Of a DNA stretch of 64,000 nt, positions 40,289 to 50,008 are shown piece by piece. This DNA comes from Candidatus Marinacidobacterales bacterium. GTDB taxonomy: Bacteria > Acidobacteriota > Vicinamibacteria > Marinacidobacterales > SMYC01. Made by a program: the position numbers and the translations under genes. Numbering within the stretch: position 1 is the first letter of the stretch; each line of letters opens with the position of its first letter. The DNA lies in NCBI GenBank assembly GCA_965224085.1, contig CBDCYI010000005.1:1056001-1120000 (forward strand), given 5' to 3'. The notes under the pieces were generated by a model. The model worked only from the letters and a program-made list of their open reading frames with translations, did no database searches and was not told the origin of the DNA.

Positions 40289-41382
40289 ATGCGGTGGCCT
40301 AGATCGGCAAGAGCGCTTCCAAGAGCGCGAAGCGCGGCCTCGATCTCGGGCTCTTGTACCCATCCGAGATGACCGAGGCGCAGGATTTTCCCGCGGAGAC
40401 CCTCCTGCCCCCGCGCATAGATGGTGTCGTAGCGCGTGCGCAGGAGCGCAACGAGCGCGCTTTCGTCGATGCCCCCTGGCACTTTCATCGCCGTCACGGT
40501 AGAGGATGCGTGCGCCGGATCGGCGAATAGCTCGAGCCCGAGTGACCGAACGCCCTCGCGAGCACGCTCCGCGACGCGCGCGTGACGGGCGAAGATCCCC
40601 TCGGGCGTTTCGCGCAGCATGAAGCCGAGAGCGACAGAAAGCCCGTAGATGACGGGAAGCGCCGGCGTGAAAGGAAAGCTTCCGCGCGCTTGCGCGTCGC
40701 GATAGCGCCGGAGGTCGAAGTAGAAACGCGGCAACGTCGCTTGCTCTGTCGCCTTCCAAGCTTTCTCGGAGAGCACGAGCATGACCATCCCCGGAGGCAC
40801 TCCCCAAGCTTTCTGCGACCCGGAGACGACGACGTCGATGTCGAGCTCGTCGATCGGAAGAGGCATGGCGCCGAGGCTCGACACCGCGTCCACAAAGACG
40901 AGGGCGTCGCTTTCCTCACGCACCGCACGACAGAGATCCTCGATCGGATGCGCGACGGCCGTCGAGGTCTCGTTATGCGTGAGCAAAACCGCGCGACAGG
41001 TTTTCTCTTCATGGAGTGCGCTCTTTAGCGTCTCCGGATCGAGAGCGCGCCCGGCGGCGACCTCGATCGTGCGCAACGAGGCTCCGAAGGCTTCGGCAAC
41101 GACGCAAAATCTCTTGCCGAAGACACCCGCGTTCACGCCGAGGACACGGTCGCCGGAGCTTACCGTATTGGCGATCGTCGCCTCGAGACCGCCGGTGCCG
41201 CTCGCGGTCACCAGCAGCACGTCGTGCTCCGTTGCGAGAAAGCGCTTCAGATTGCCGGTGAGCTCTTCCATGAGCTCCGCCATCTCGGGACCGCGGTAGT
41301 TCATCATCGGCCGCGCCACTGCCTCGAGGACTTCCTCGCGGCAAGGGGTCGGACCGGGAATACGAAGATTGATCTCAGCCAA
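40285..41382 (-). CDS. Class V aminotransferase (alanine-glyoxylate/serine-pyruvate family)
   Basis: IPGPTP, SGTGGLE, HNETST, VDAVSSLG, GSQKAW..PPG. Confidence 0.92.
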   Translation of the reverse strand: MAEINLRIPGPTPCREEVLEAVARPMMNYRGPEMAELMEELTGNLKRFLATEHDVLLVTASGTGGLEATIANTVSSGDRVLGVNAGVFGKRFCVVAEAFGASLRTIEVAAGRALDPETLKSALHEEKTCRAVLLTHNETSTAVAHPIEDLCRAVREESDALVFVDAVSSLGAMPLPIDELDIDVVVSGSQKAWGVPPGMVMLVLSEKAWKATEQATLPRFYFDLRRYRDAQARGSFPFTPALPVIYGLSVALGFMLRETPEGIFARHARVAERAREGVRSLGLELFADPAHASSTVTAMKVPGGIDESALVALLRTRYDTIYARGQEGLRGKILRLGHLGWVQEPEIEAALRALGSALADLGHRI

Positions 41383-42148
41383 GATAGATGCCTTTCGGAT
41401 CGAGCTCCTCGCGAAGGAGGCGCAACGTGTCGGCGTCTGGAAGCTCGGTCTCGCCGAGGGGCTCTCGTACGCGAAGCGGCCATGAGACTTCGGCTCGCAC
41501 TTCATCGAGCGTGACCCCGGGGTGGATCTTCTCGATCACCATCTCTCGCGTTTCGGGGTCGAAACCGTAAATGCCGAGGTTGGTGATCACGCGCTCGGGC
41601 CCGCCGCCTGGTGCCTCGAGAGACTCGCGCGATCGCCCCCCTTCGTGGAATCCGAGGCTCGTTCGAAAATCGAGATGTTCGGGAAACTTGCTCCGCTTTT
41701 GCGGCAGCAGGATCACGGTCTTCCTCGCAAGCCAAGAGATCTCCGCCGCGCCGCCCGCGCCGGGGAGCCGCACTTTAGGCCGGCGGTAATCGTCGCCTAT
41801 CACGGTCGTGTTCAAGTTGCCGTAGCGATCGATTTGCGCCGCGCCGAGAAAGCCGACGTCGATTCTCCCGCCTTGCAGAAAGTAGAGAAATGTTTCCGCC
41901 ATCGGCATGACCTGTAGAGCTCCCGTCACTAGGCACGGATCGCCGATGGAGATGGGGAGGCGGATCGGCTTTGCGCCGTAGATCCCAGCTTCGTAGACGA
42001 GTTGCACGCCGCCGGCGTGGGTACGCCGCGCGAGGTTGACGGCGAGATTGGGAAGCCCGATGCCGACGAAGACGACGTCGCCGTCCTGAATCTCCCGCGC
42101 GGCGGCGAGTGCCATCAGCTCCGAGCGCCGAACGTCCTGTATGGTCAA
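41375..42148 (-). CDS. CoA-transferase beta subunit (GctB/CatJ type)
   Basis: VFVGIGLP, VYEAG (catalytic Glu), FLGAAQIDRYGNLN, RLPGAGGA. Confidence 0.9.
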   Translation of the reverse strand: MTIQDVRRSELMALAAAREIQDGDVVFVGIGLPNLAVNLARRTHAGGVQLVYEAGIYGAKPIRLPISIGDPCLVTGALQVMPMAETFLYFLQGGRIDVGFLGAAQIDRYGNLNTTVIGDDYRRPKVRLPGAGGAAEISWLARKTVILLPQKRSKFPEHLDFRTSLGFHEGGRSRESLEAPGGGPERVITNLGIYGFDPETREMVIEKIHPGVTLDEVRAEVSWPLRVREPLGETELPDADTLRLLREELDPKGIYLG

Positions 42149-42150
42149 AG

Positions 42151-43065
42151 TCAGTGATAGAGCCCGTAATCCACGGGACGGGCCGGAAGGGGCTCCGGCT
42201 TCAAGCGAAGTTTGAGGGCGGCGCCGTACTTTTTCATGTACGCGTCCCGTCCGGAAACATTGTGCACCCATTCATCGAGATAGGCGTTCAGACGCTCGAC
42301 AGAGCGGCTCACCCGGTCCCACGCAACGTAGAAATCGTCGTCGCGGTCGTAGTAGCCCTGGACGTAGCTCGGATGCGCGCCGAAAGGCTCTTCCACGACT
42401 GCATCGACGATGAGTCCGGGCACGAGCGTCCGATTGGGGTCAGAGCGGATCACTTCTTCGTCGACGATCTCTTCCACGACGACGACGACTTTCTTCGAGG
42501 CGAAGGCGACTTCTTTCTGGATACCGAGCAAACCCCACACTTGCGTATTGCCCTCGGTGTCGGCGCGTTGCGCGTGGATGATCGCGACATCCGGATGAAG
42601 AGCCGGAACCGCCGCGAGATCCTCGCCGGTGAACGGACACTGCACCGTCCGCAAGCTCTCGTTGACGGAAGGCAAGTCCGTCCCGCGATAGTTGCGAAGA
42701 GGCATGAAAGGAAGTCCCGAGGCAGCCGCTTTGATGCGGGAAAGCAAACCGAAATGAGAATGTTCTTCGATCTCGACGGGACGCGGCTCGCCTTTTTCAA
42801 CCGCGCGGCGGATGGCATGGAGCGAGCCCACGCCCGGGTTGCCCATCCAGCCGAAGATGAGCTTCTGCGCAAGGCCGGCCGCGACCATCTGATCGTAAAT
42901 AAGATCCGGCGTGAGCCGGCAGAGCACGAGGTCTTTTTTCTGCTGCCGGATTATCTCGTGACCCGCCGCAAACGGAATGAGATGGGTAAAACCCTCGGCG
43001 GCGACGACGTCGCCGTCCTGGACGAAGCGGGCGATCGCTTCTTTCATCGAAACAAGCTTGGTCAT
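42151..43065 (-). CDS. CoA-transferase alpha subunit (GctA/CatI type)
   Basis: EGFTHLIPFAAGHEIIRQ, GNPGVGSL, HAQRAD..GN, HPSYVQGYY. Confidence 0.9.
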   Translation of the reverse strand: MTKLVSMKEAIARFVQDGDVVAAEGFTHLIPFAAGHEIIRQQKKDLVLCRLTPDLIYDQMVAAGLAQKLIFGWMGNPGVGSLHAIRRAVEKGEPRPVEIEEHSHFGLLSRIKAAASGLPFMPLRNYRGTDLPSVNESLRTVQCPFTGEDLAAVPALHPDVAIIHAQRADTEGNTQVWGLLGIQKEVAFASKKVVVVVEEIVDEEVIRSDPNRTLVPGLIVDAVVEEPFGAHPSYVQGYYDRDDDFYVAWDRVSRSVERLNAYLDEWVHNVSGRDAYMKKYGAALKLRLKPEPLPARPVDYGLYH

Positions 43066-44366
43066 AGCGCGGCGAGCACTTCTTCCAAGATCTCGATGGC
43101 GGTATCCGCTTGCTCCGTCGTGACCACCAAAGGCGGGGTCAAGCGCACGCCGCTGTCGCCACATCCCAGCAGCAGTAGCCCACGCTCGAAGGCGCCCACG
43201 AGCACGGAGTCGACGAGCTTTGGGTCCAGGAAATCGATAACGAGCATCAAGCCGAGACCGCGGACGTCCCCGATGATCTGGCTGTGGCGCCCTTTCAAGC
43301 TCTCGAGTTTCGAGAACAGATGCGCCCCGACCTCGGCAGCGTTTTCGACGAGCCCCTTTTCGAGCAAGTCGAGTGTAGCAATCGCAGCGGCGCACGATAC
43401 CGCGTTCCCGCCATAAGTGCTTCCGTGCCCCCCGTTGTTCCACGTCATGACTTCGTCCCGCGCGATCACCGCCGCGAGCGGCATTCCTGAAGCGAGGCCT
43501 TTCGCCAAAGTAACGATGTCTGGCTCGATGCCGAAATGTTCGCAGGCAAACATCTTGCCGGTACGGCCCATACCTGCTTGCACCTCGTCGGCAACGAGTA
43601 AGATCCCGTGCTTTTTCGCGGTTGCCGCAAGCCGTGTCAGGAACTCTTTCTTCGGGACGTAGTAGCCGCCTTCGCCTTGAATCGGCTCCACGATGATCGC
43701 GGCGATTTCGTCGGGCGGGGCGACGGCGTGAAACAACGTCTCGAGGTGGTCGAGGCACTCCACATCACAGGTCTCCGGCTCGCGGTTCACAGGACAGCGA
43801 TAGCACTGTGCGTAGTAAGAATGATGGACTTCGGGGAGCATCGGCCCGTAGCCGCGGCGCTGCACCGCGTTGCTCGCCGTCAACGTCGCGGCGCCCATCG
43901 TGCGTCCATGAAAAGCTCCAAAAAAGCCGACGATCTTCTGCCGTTCCGTCCTGAGCCGAGCAAGCTTGATGGCGGATTCCACCGCCTCCGCTCCCGAGTT
44001 CGTGAAGAAAACCCGGGGATTCTCGCCCACAGGAGCAACGGCAGCGAGCCGTTCGGCGAGCGCCACGACCGGTCCCGTGTAGAAATCGGTCGGACACATG
44101 TGAAGGAGCTTCCCCGCTTGCGCGCGGATGGCCGCAACGACATCGGGGTGGCAATGTCCCGTCGCACAAACCGCAATCCCGGCCGCAAAATCCAAAACCC
44201 GATTCCCGTCCGGATCCGTCACCACCAATCCCGAAGCTTCTTGTACGACCAATGGGTAGTCCCGGTGATAGTGCTGCGACACGACACGGAGGTCGCGCTC
44301 GATGAGGGCTCGGGCTTTGGGGCCGGGGAGCTCCGCTTGGATCGAAGGCGCTGACAGCGTCGTCAC
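43062..44366 (-). CDS. Class III aminotransferase (4-aminobutyrate/acetylornithine family)
   Basis: NSGAEAVE, FHGRT, EPIQGEGG, DEVQAGMGRTG, AKGLASG, HGSTYGGN. Confidence 0.93.
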   Translation of the reverse strand: MTTLSAPSIQAELPGPKARALIERDLRVVSQHYHRDYPLVVQEASGLVVTDPDGNRVLDFAAGIAVCATGHCHPDVVAAIRAQAGKLLHMCPTDFYTGPVVALAERLAAVAPVGENPRVFFTNSGAEAVESAIKLARLRTERQKIVGFFGAFHGRTMGAATLTASNAVQRRGYGPMLPEVHHSYYAQCYRCPVNREPETCDVECLDHLETLFHAVAPPDEIAAIIVEPIQGEGGYYVPKKEFLTRLAATAKKHGILLVADEVQAGMGRTGKMFACEHFGIEPDIVTLAKGLASGMPLAAVIARDEVMTWNNGGHGSTYGGNAVSCAAAIATLDLLEKGLVENAAEVGAHLFSKLESLKGRHSQIIGDVRGLGLMLVIDFLDPKLVDSVLVGAFERGLLLLGCGDSGVRLTPPLVVTTEQADTAIEILEEVLAAL

Positions 44367-44495
44367 GATGGCCTAGAGTCTACATCACCGGTTCGGCTTC
44401 GTTGAAGGTGCTTGATCACGGCTTTCGCCTTGGCTTTTGTGCCGGCCATGCTATAGTGCTTGCCCTTCTCTAAACTTAGCTAGAAATTTGGAACC

Positions 44496-44918
44496 GTGCC
44501 CACGACGCATCTCAACCGCGACGCGATAAAAGGGATCCTTCCGCATCGAGACCCGTTTCTTTTCGTGGACGCCGTGACTGAAGTGCAGCCGGGAAAGCGC
44601 ATCGTCGGCGAGCTCCACGCCGACCGTTCGAAGTTCTTTTTCGAGCGAACCGAGTTCGTGCCCTCGACCTTGCTTACGGAAGCGATGGCCCAGGTCGGAG
44701 CGATCCTCGTGCTCTACCCCGAGCAACATCGCGGCCGGACCATTTATTTCCGGTCGATCAAGGCATGTAGCTTCGAAGCCCCAATCCCCATAGGCTCTAA
44801 AGTGAAGATCGAAGCCGAAGTCAAGAAAATGCGGGGGCGCTTCGGAAGCCTCTCGGTAACCGCCTATCTCGACGACGCCGTGGCGGCGACCGGCGTAATG
44901 AGCTTCGCACTCGAATAG
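44496..44918 (+). CDS. FabZ-like hotdog-fold 3-hydroxyacyl-ACP dehydratase
   Basis: LPHRDPFLFVD, EAMAQ; the catalytic His of the F..HFP motif is not seen. Confidence 0.75.
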   Translation: MPTTHLNRDAIKGILPHRDPFLFVDAVTEVQPGKRIVGELHADRSKFFFERTEFVPSTLLTEAMAQVGAILVLYPEQHRGRTIYFRSIKACSFEAPIPIGSKVKIEAEVKKMRGRFGSLSVTAYLDDAVAATGVMSFALE

Positions 44919-45082
44919 CCTTCACTAGCCTGGCCCATTTACCGTCATCAACGTGAGTACACCCAACCGGCGTGTGTCGGAAAAGCCCATCTTCGAATCC
45001 ATTTTCTCGCTCCGAGCTTCCTAGCCATGGCTCGACGACGAGCGACCGGCCTATATTCTCGATGGACCTAGCCCATGTTTCC

Positions 45083-45898
45083 GGTATTGTCAAGTTGACG
45101 TTGAGCGAGCGAACCTATTGCGTCGAGCTGATTTCCTTTGCTCTCATCGGACGGCACAGGTTACCTCCTGCCAGACGATGAAAGCGCGGTCTCGTAGCTC
45201 CCGATGATGATGCGCTTGCAACAAATGCCGTCCGACGCGAAAGAGGTTTTGCACGAGTCCATGCACGGTCAAGAATCGTTGCGCCTGCCCAGGAGTTTTA
45301 AACTTCCGCATCTGTCGTTCCCGTTGTCGCGTCGGTTTCGTGCGAGACTTCGGCTAGGTTGTTTCTGTACTGGTCAGTGTCGTGGACGACGGACGGCATG
45401 ACCTCGCGGTGAGCGGCGCTGTAGCTTCTCAGTTTGTCGGTGACCAGCTGCCAGGGCGGACGGCCTTGCCCTTTCAACAGCTTGCGGAAGAATCGTTTGG
45501 CGGCTTTCTGATCACGGCTAGGCTGGACGAGGATATCAATCACATCACCATCTTGGTCTACCGCGCGCCAGAGGTATTGGCGTTCGCCTTGTATCTTTAT
45601 GAAGACCTCGTCCAGGTGCCACGTGTCACCAAGGCGACCCTGCCGACGCTTCAGTCGCCGAGCGTATTCCGGCCCGAACTTGATGCACCAAAGTCGGATC
45701 GCTTCGTAGGAAACCGTGATGCCTCGCTGAGCAAGCAGCTCTTCGACGTTTCGAAAGCTCACGCAGAATCGGTGGTAGAGCCAGACGGCGTGGCTGATGA
45801 TTTCCGGTGGAAATCGATAGCCGTGGTAGCTTGGCGCATCGGTCGTGGGCGGAGGTCATCGGAGAGTGACCGAAATCGTTCGTTCACTCGAAAGTACC
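45083..45898 (-). mobile_element. IS6-family element, left copy (816 bp), transposase frameshifted
   Basis: Reverse complement of 47635-48450; ends GGTATTGTCAAGT / GGTACTTTCGAGT; WHLDEVF, YLWRAVD, VTDKL, NNLAE. Confidence 0.93.
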
Positions 45899-46280
45899 TT
45901 CAAATACTTCTACCGCGACGACCAAGAACGTCCAGGGTTGGATCGGCGTGCTCATGACCAAGCATTCCAGCTTCCCTTGGCGAAGCAAGCGTAGACGCGT
46001 CTATACGAAACGCTCTGGCTGATGCAGGTCTTGAGTTCGTTCGTGTTTTTGGACACGACGCCTTCGCGAACGGGTATCGGTCTCGGGATTTCGTGCGTGC
46101 CGGGAGGGGTGACGCGCCATCGCAAGACCGGGAGCGTGGCGCCTGGCAGGATCGGCGGGCACTGTCGAACCGGAACACGTCGATCATGTAGGCATGGTGC
46201 CGGCAGACCGGAGACTAATCAAGTTCGGTGCGCGCGGATGAATAAATAGAAGGTACAACGCCCACCCGGGGGTTGTTGTT

Positions 46281-47627
46281 TTAGAAATCGTACCGCATCG
46301 AGAGGCTCACGCTAACGAACGAAAGAGGGTCGCCGGTTCGAATGCGGAACGTCACGGGCTCGCTGCCGTCGCGACGCAGTTCCGATGCGTGGCTCCGCAG
46401 ACGCTCCCACTCAATGTCGGCGGCGGCGAACCGTCCAAAGCCGACCCAGCGGGCCTTGATACCGAGTGACACCCTTTTCGACATGGCGTGGTCGACGCCG
46501 ACCAGCAATTGGTACCCAGCTAGCTTATCACGCAGCTCCGCCTGCTTGCTGGTGGTGGTGCCGGCGAGGTTTCGGCGGATTTCCTCCTCGTTCGGCAGAC
46601 CAGCGGCCGTACCGATGGCGTCAGGGTCGGGGTTCCGCGCCCAGAGGTCGCCGTAATCCAGCTCGGTCAGCCCGATGCCGACTCCCACTCCAACGTACGG
46701 CGTCAGACGAGTCCGGCCTCGGAAGTCGACGTACACGTTGGCGAAGACGTTCTGCGACGAGATGCTACCGATTCGGTCCTCGGCGCGCTGGATCTCTCCG
46801 CCAAGCTTCGCGAAAGTGTCGCCGGTCGCGCTCGTCACCGGCGAGGTCTGGTCGTACTCGGACTCCCGATAGAACCACTCCACCTCGACCCGCAGCCGCG
46901 GACCGAAACGGTAGCCGGCCGCCAGCCCCGCGAACATCCCCTTGGCGCGGTCGTATGTGGTCTTCCAACCCGCGCCCGACCCGCGGTTGGGATCGGTGCA
47001 GCCGGGGACCTCCGTGAAACGGGGGTTGATGAACTCATCACAGCGGCTGGCCCGGTCGTTGCTGTTACCGAGCAACGCTATCAACGGGGCCCAGTTGAGC
47101 CCGACCTGCTGCATCATGTAGAAGCCCGTCTGGTCGCGCGCGAGATTGCGTAGACTAGCCGGCCGCACGAGCGTCGCCGCGTCATTGATCGGGTGCGTGG
47201 CGATGTTGAATGATGGGACCAGAGTCCGCATCTGAGCGCGGCTCCCGATAACCACGACGTGCTCCTCGATCCCGACCTTCATTTCGACATCGAGGGTGGT
47301 CGCGCCACCGGGCCTGATTTCCACACCCGCGCGCACAACCTCATTGAACCCAGGTAGCGTGAAGGTCACATCGCAAGGGCCGGGCTCAAGCGCGCTCAGC
47401 GTGAACATGCCGGTACGGTCGGTCAAGGCCGTCTGGACCGGCGCAACAGCCCCCGCGGGCCGCGCCTCCACGACGACGCCGGTCAGCGCGAGACCGGTCG
47501 CGTCGGTCACCGTTCCAGACAGCTCCGCGGCCTCTATACTTGCGACGCCGGATGCTGGCGCCAGGGCGACCAGCACTACAGCCGCGGCTACAAGAACATC
47601 TGCCGAGCGCCGTGCCTTGCTGTACAT
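46281..47627 (-). CDS. Chimeric exported protein: carboxypeptidase-regulatory-like domain, TonB-receptor plug fragments, outer-membrane beta-barrel
   Basis: Signal; LSGTVTDATG..TDRTGMF..PGF; VVVIGSRA; LVPSFN..DAATLVRPASLR; GYRFG..RVEVE, TPYVGVGVG, terminal YDF. Confidence 0.75.
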   Translation of the reverse strand: MYSKARRSADVLVAAAVVLVALAPASGVASIEAAELSGTVTDATGLALTGVVVEARPAGAVAPVQTALTDRTGMFTLSALEPGPCDVTFTLPGFNEVVRAGVEIRPGGATTLDVEMKVGIEEHVVVIGSRAQMRTLVPSFNIATHPINDAATLVRPASLRNLARDQTGFYMMQQVGLNWAPLIALLGNSNDRASRCDEFINPRFTEVPGCTDPNRGSGAGWKTTYDRAKGMFAGLAAGYRFGPRLRVEVEWFYRESEYDQTSPVTSATGDTFAKLGGEIQRAEDRIGSISSQNVFANVYVDFRGRTRLTPYVGVGVGIGLTELDYGDLWARNPDPDAIGTAAGLPNEEEIRRNLAGTTTSKQAELRDKLAGYQLLVGVDHAMSKRVSLGIKARWVGFGRFAAADIEWERLRSHASELRRDGSEPVTFRIRTGDPLSFVSVSLSMRYDF

Positions 47628-47634
47628 CTGCGAG

Positions 47635-48450
47635 GGTACTTTCGAGTGAACGAACGATTTCGGTCACTCTCCGATGACCTCCGCCCACGACCGATGCGCC
47701 AAGCTACCACGGCTATCGATTTCCACCGGAAATCATCAGCCACGCCGTCTGGCTCTACCACCGATTCTGCGTGAGCTTTCGAAACGTCGAAGAGCTGCTT
47801 GCTCAGCGAGGCATCACGGTTTCCTACGAAGCGATCCGACTTTGGTGCATCAAGTTCGGGCCGGAATACGCTCGGCGACTGAAGCGTCGGCAGGGTCGCC
47901 TTGGTGACACGTGGCACCTGGACGAGGTCTTCATAAAGATACAAGGCGAACGCCAATACCTCTGGCGCGCGGTAGACCAAGATGGTGATGTGATTGATAT
48001 CCTCGTCCAGCCTAGCCGTGATCAGAAAGCCGCCAAACGATTCTTCCGCAAGCTGTTGAAAGGGCAAGGCCGTCCGCCCTGGCAGCTGGTCACCGACAAA
48101 CTGAGAAGCTACAGCGCCGCTCACCGCGAGGTCATGCCGTCCGTCGTCCACGACACTGACCAGTACAGAAACAACCTAGCCGAAGTCTCGCACGAAACCG
48201 ACGCGACAACGGGAACGACAGATGCGGAAGTTTAAAACTCCTGGGCAGGCGCAACGATTCTTGACCGTGCATGGACTCGTGCAAAACCTCTTTCGCGTCG
48301 GACGGCATTTGTTGCAAGCGCATCATCATCGGGAGCTACGAGACCGCGCTTTCATCGTCTGGCAGGAGGTAACCTGTGCCGTCCGATGAGAGCAAAGGAA
48401 ATCAGCTCGACGCAATAGGTTCGCTCGCTCAACGTCAACTTGACAATACC
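47635..48450 (+). mobile_element. IS6-family element, right copy (816 bp), transposase frameshifted
   Basis: YHGYRFPPEII..SHE, extra A in GAAA near 48195, then PTRQRERQMRKFK..AVR* (stop 48387-48389). Confidence 0.93.
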
Positions 48451-48508
48451 TCGATGGGTGAATGATACTTCAAAAGGACCGCGCCGTGCTTGGTTTGGCC
48501 CACGGGAT

Positions 48509-49111
48509 TCACGAGCGGCTCACGTGGGGGTTTTCGCTCTCGTAGACGCGCAGTCGACGCCCCGCCCATTCACCGGCGTAGCTCACGCCGATGCGCGGCC
48601 CGACATCCAGCTTACCGTCCGCCACGCGACGACCATGCCGAACGAATAGCTTTTTACTCTCGACGAGATCGACCCCATCGAACGTCCTGTCGATCGCGAG
48701 AGCCTGCGCGAGCTTAGCGGGGCCGGAGCATAACTCTCGATCTGGCTTGGCCCCTCGGAGGCGTCTCATCTCTTCGAGCCCGGCGACGGGCTCGAGAGCG
48801 CGAATCAAGCACGCCGTGGGCACCTCCTCGCGGTCCGAGACGACGTTGAAGCACCAGTGCATCCCGTAGACGAAATACACATAGGCGTAGCCGCCATCCA
48901 ACCACATCGAGGCGTTGCGCTTCGAGCGGCGACCCCCGTAGCTATGGCAGGCGCTATCTTCGACACCCAAATATGCCTCGACCTCGACGATGCGGCCGGC
49001 GAGCTCTTGGCCCTCGGGAAGTCGCCTCACGAGAACGTGACCCAAAAGCGCCTTCGCAAGCGTTACGGGATCACGACGGTAGAAGCGGCGGGTCAAGCTC
49101 TTCGCTTTCAC
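48509..49111 (-). CDS. DNA-3-methyladenine glycosylase (MPG/AAG family)
   Basis: GRIVEVEAYLG, YVYFVYGMHWCFNVV, LIRALEP, SGPAKL, PRIGV. Confidence 0.93.
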   Translation of the reverse strand: MKAKSLTRRFYRRDPVTLAKALLGHVLVRRLPEGQELAGRIVEVEAYLGVEDSACHSYGGRRSKRNASMWLDGGYAYVYFVYGMHWCFNVVSDREEVPTACLIRALEPVAGLEEMRRLRGAKPDRELCSGPAKLAQALAIDRTFDGVDLVESKKLFVRHGRRVADGKLDVGPRIGVSYAGEWAGRRLRVYESENPHVSRS

Positions 49112-49983
49112 GGTGAGAGCAGTCGGGCCGCCGCGAGTGCGTAGACTACGGCCACATCCTTGAAGACGCGGCGTTTGAGAAACTCCTTGGGTCCATGCGC
49201 CACCGAGAGAAGACCGGGACCATAGGCAAAGGCGGGAACGCCGCGCTCGGCATAAAAACGGATCTCCAGAATAACCGGGCGAAGCTCGAACGCTGCCGGC
49301 TCGCCGCGCACTTCGGCGATCGCCTCCGCCACGGCCACGGCCGCAGGATCGGCCTCGGAAACACCGGCGGATCGGGCCTCCTGGAACACATCCACGTCGA
49401 CGTCGGCGTCGGCGTCGGCGTCGGCGTCGATCGCCTCCAGGAGTCGGCGCTTTTCCGTGTCGAAATCCTCTTCGGGGTTGATGCGTCGATCCACCGTGAA
49501 GGAGAAGCTCTCAGGCACGACGTTGAAGTTGGCGCCGCCTTGGACCTCGCCGCCCATCATCAGGATGGAACGCCGAGCCTCCGGTGGCTCGATGGGGTAT
49601 TCCGTGACACGTTGCTCGACCTCGGCTTTGACTTGGGGGAGCGCTTTCGCCACTGGAAGCAGGTGCTCGAAGGCGTTGATGCCACGGTACTGAAGCCCCA
49701 CGTGGGACTGGCGGCCACGAATGGTGATGCGGCAGGTGATAGCGCCGCGGCAGGCGTGCCAGTAGCGCGGGTGCTCGCGGTCGGTATCGCCGTTGTCGAT
49801 ACGCTCGATGTCGGCATTGAAGCCCAGCCCCCCAAGCTTCTCGCCGAGAAAGCGGAGGCAACGTTGGTAGTTGCGGCCGGGCGGGTTCTCGGTATCGATG
49901 GCGACGAGGGCGGCCGTCGGCTCGGCCATCTCGTCGCGGCTTGCATCGATGGTCTTTCGCAGTTGTTCGATCACTCGAAACAT
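49108..49983 (-). pseudogene. M20 (ArgE/DapE-like) peptidase with in-frame internal deletion
   Basis: TENPPG N-terminus joined at HPRYW/HACRG to dimerisation domain and YGPG..AH C-terminus; HxD, D and EE metal motifs absent; (GCCGAC)n DA repeat at 49395-49430. Confidence 0.85.
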
Positions 49984-50008
49984 CCTACCCTATCCCACCA
50001 CCTTCGCC

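Noticed and set aside
44919-46260. Coding remnants flanking the left IS6 copy (44919-45082 and 45899-46260)
   Set aside because: No recognisable motif in any frame.
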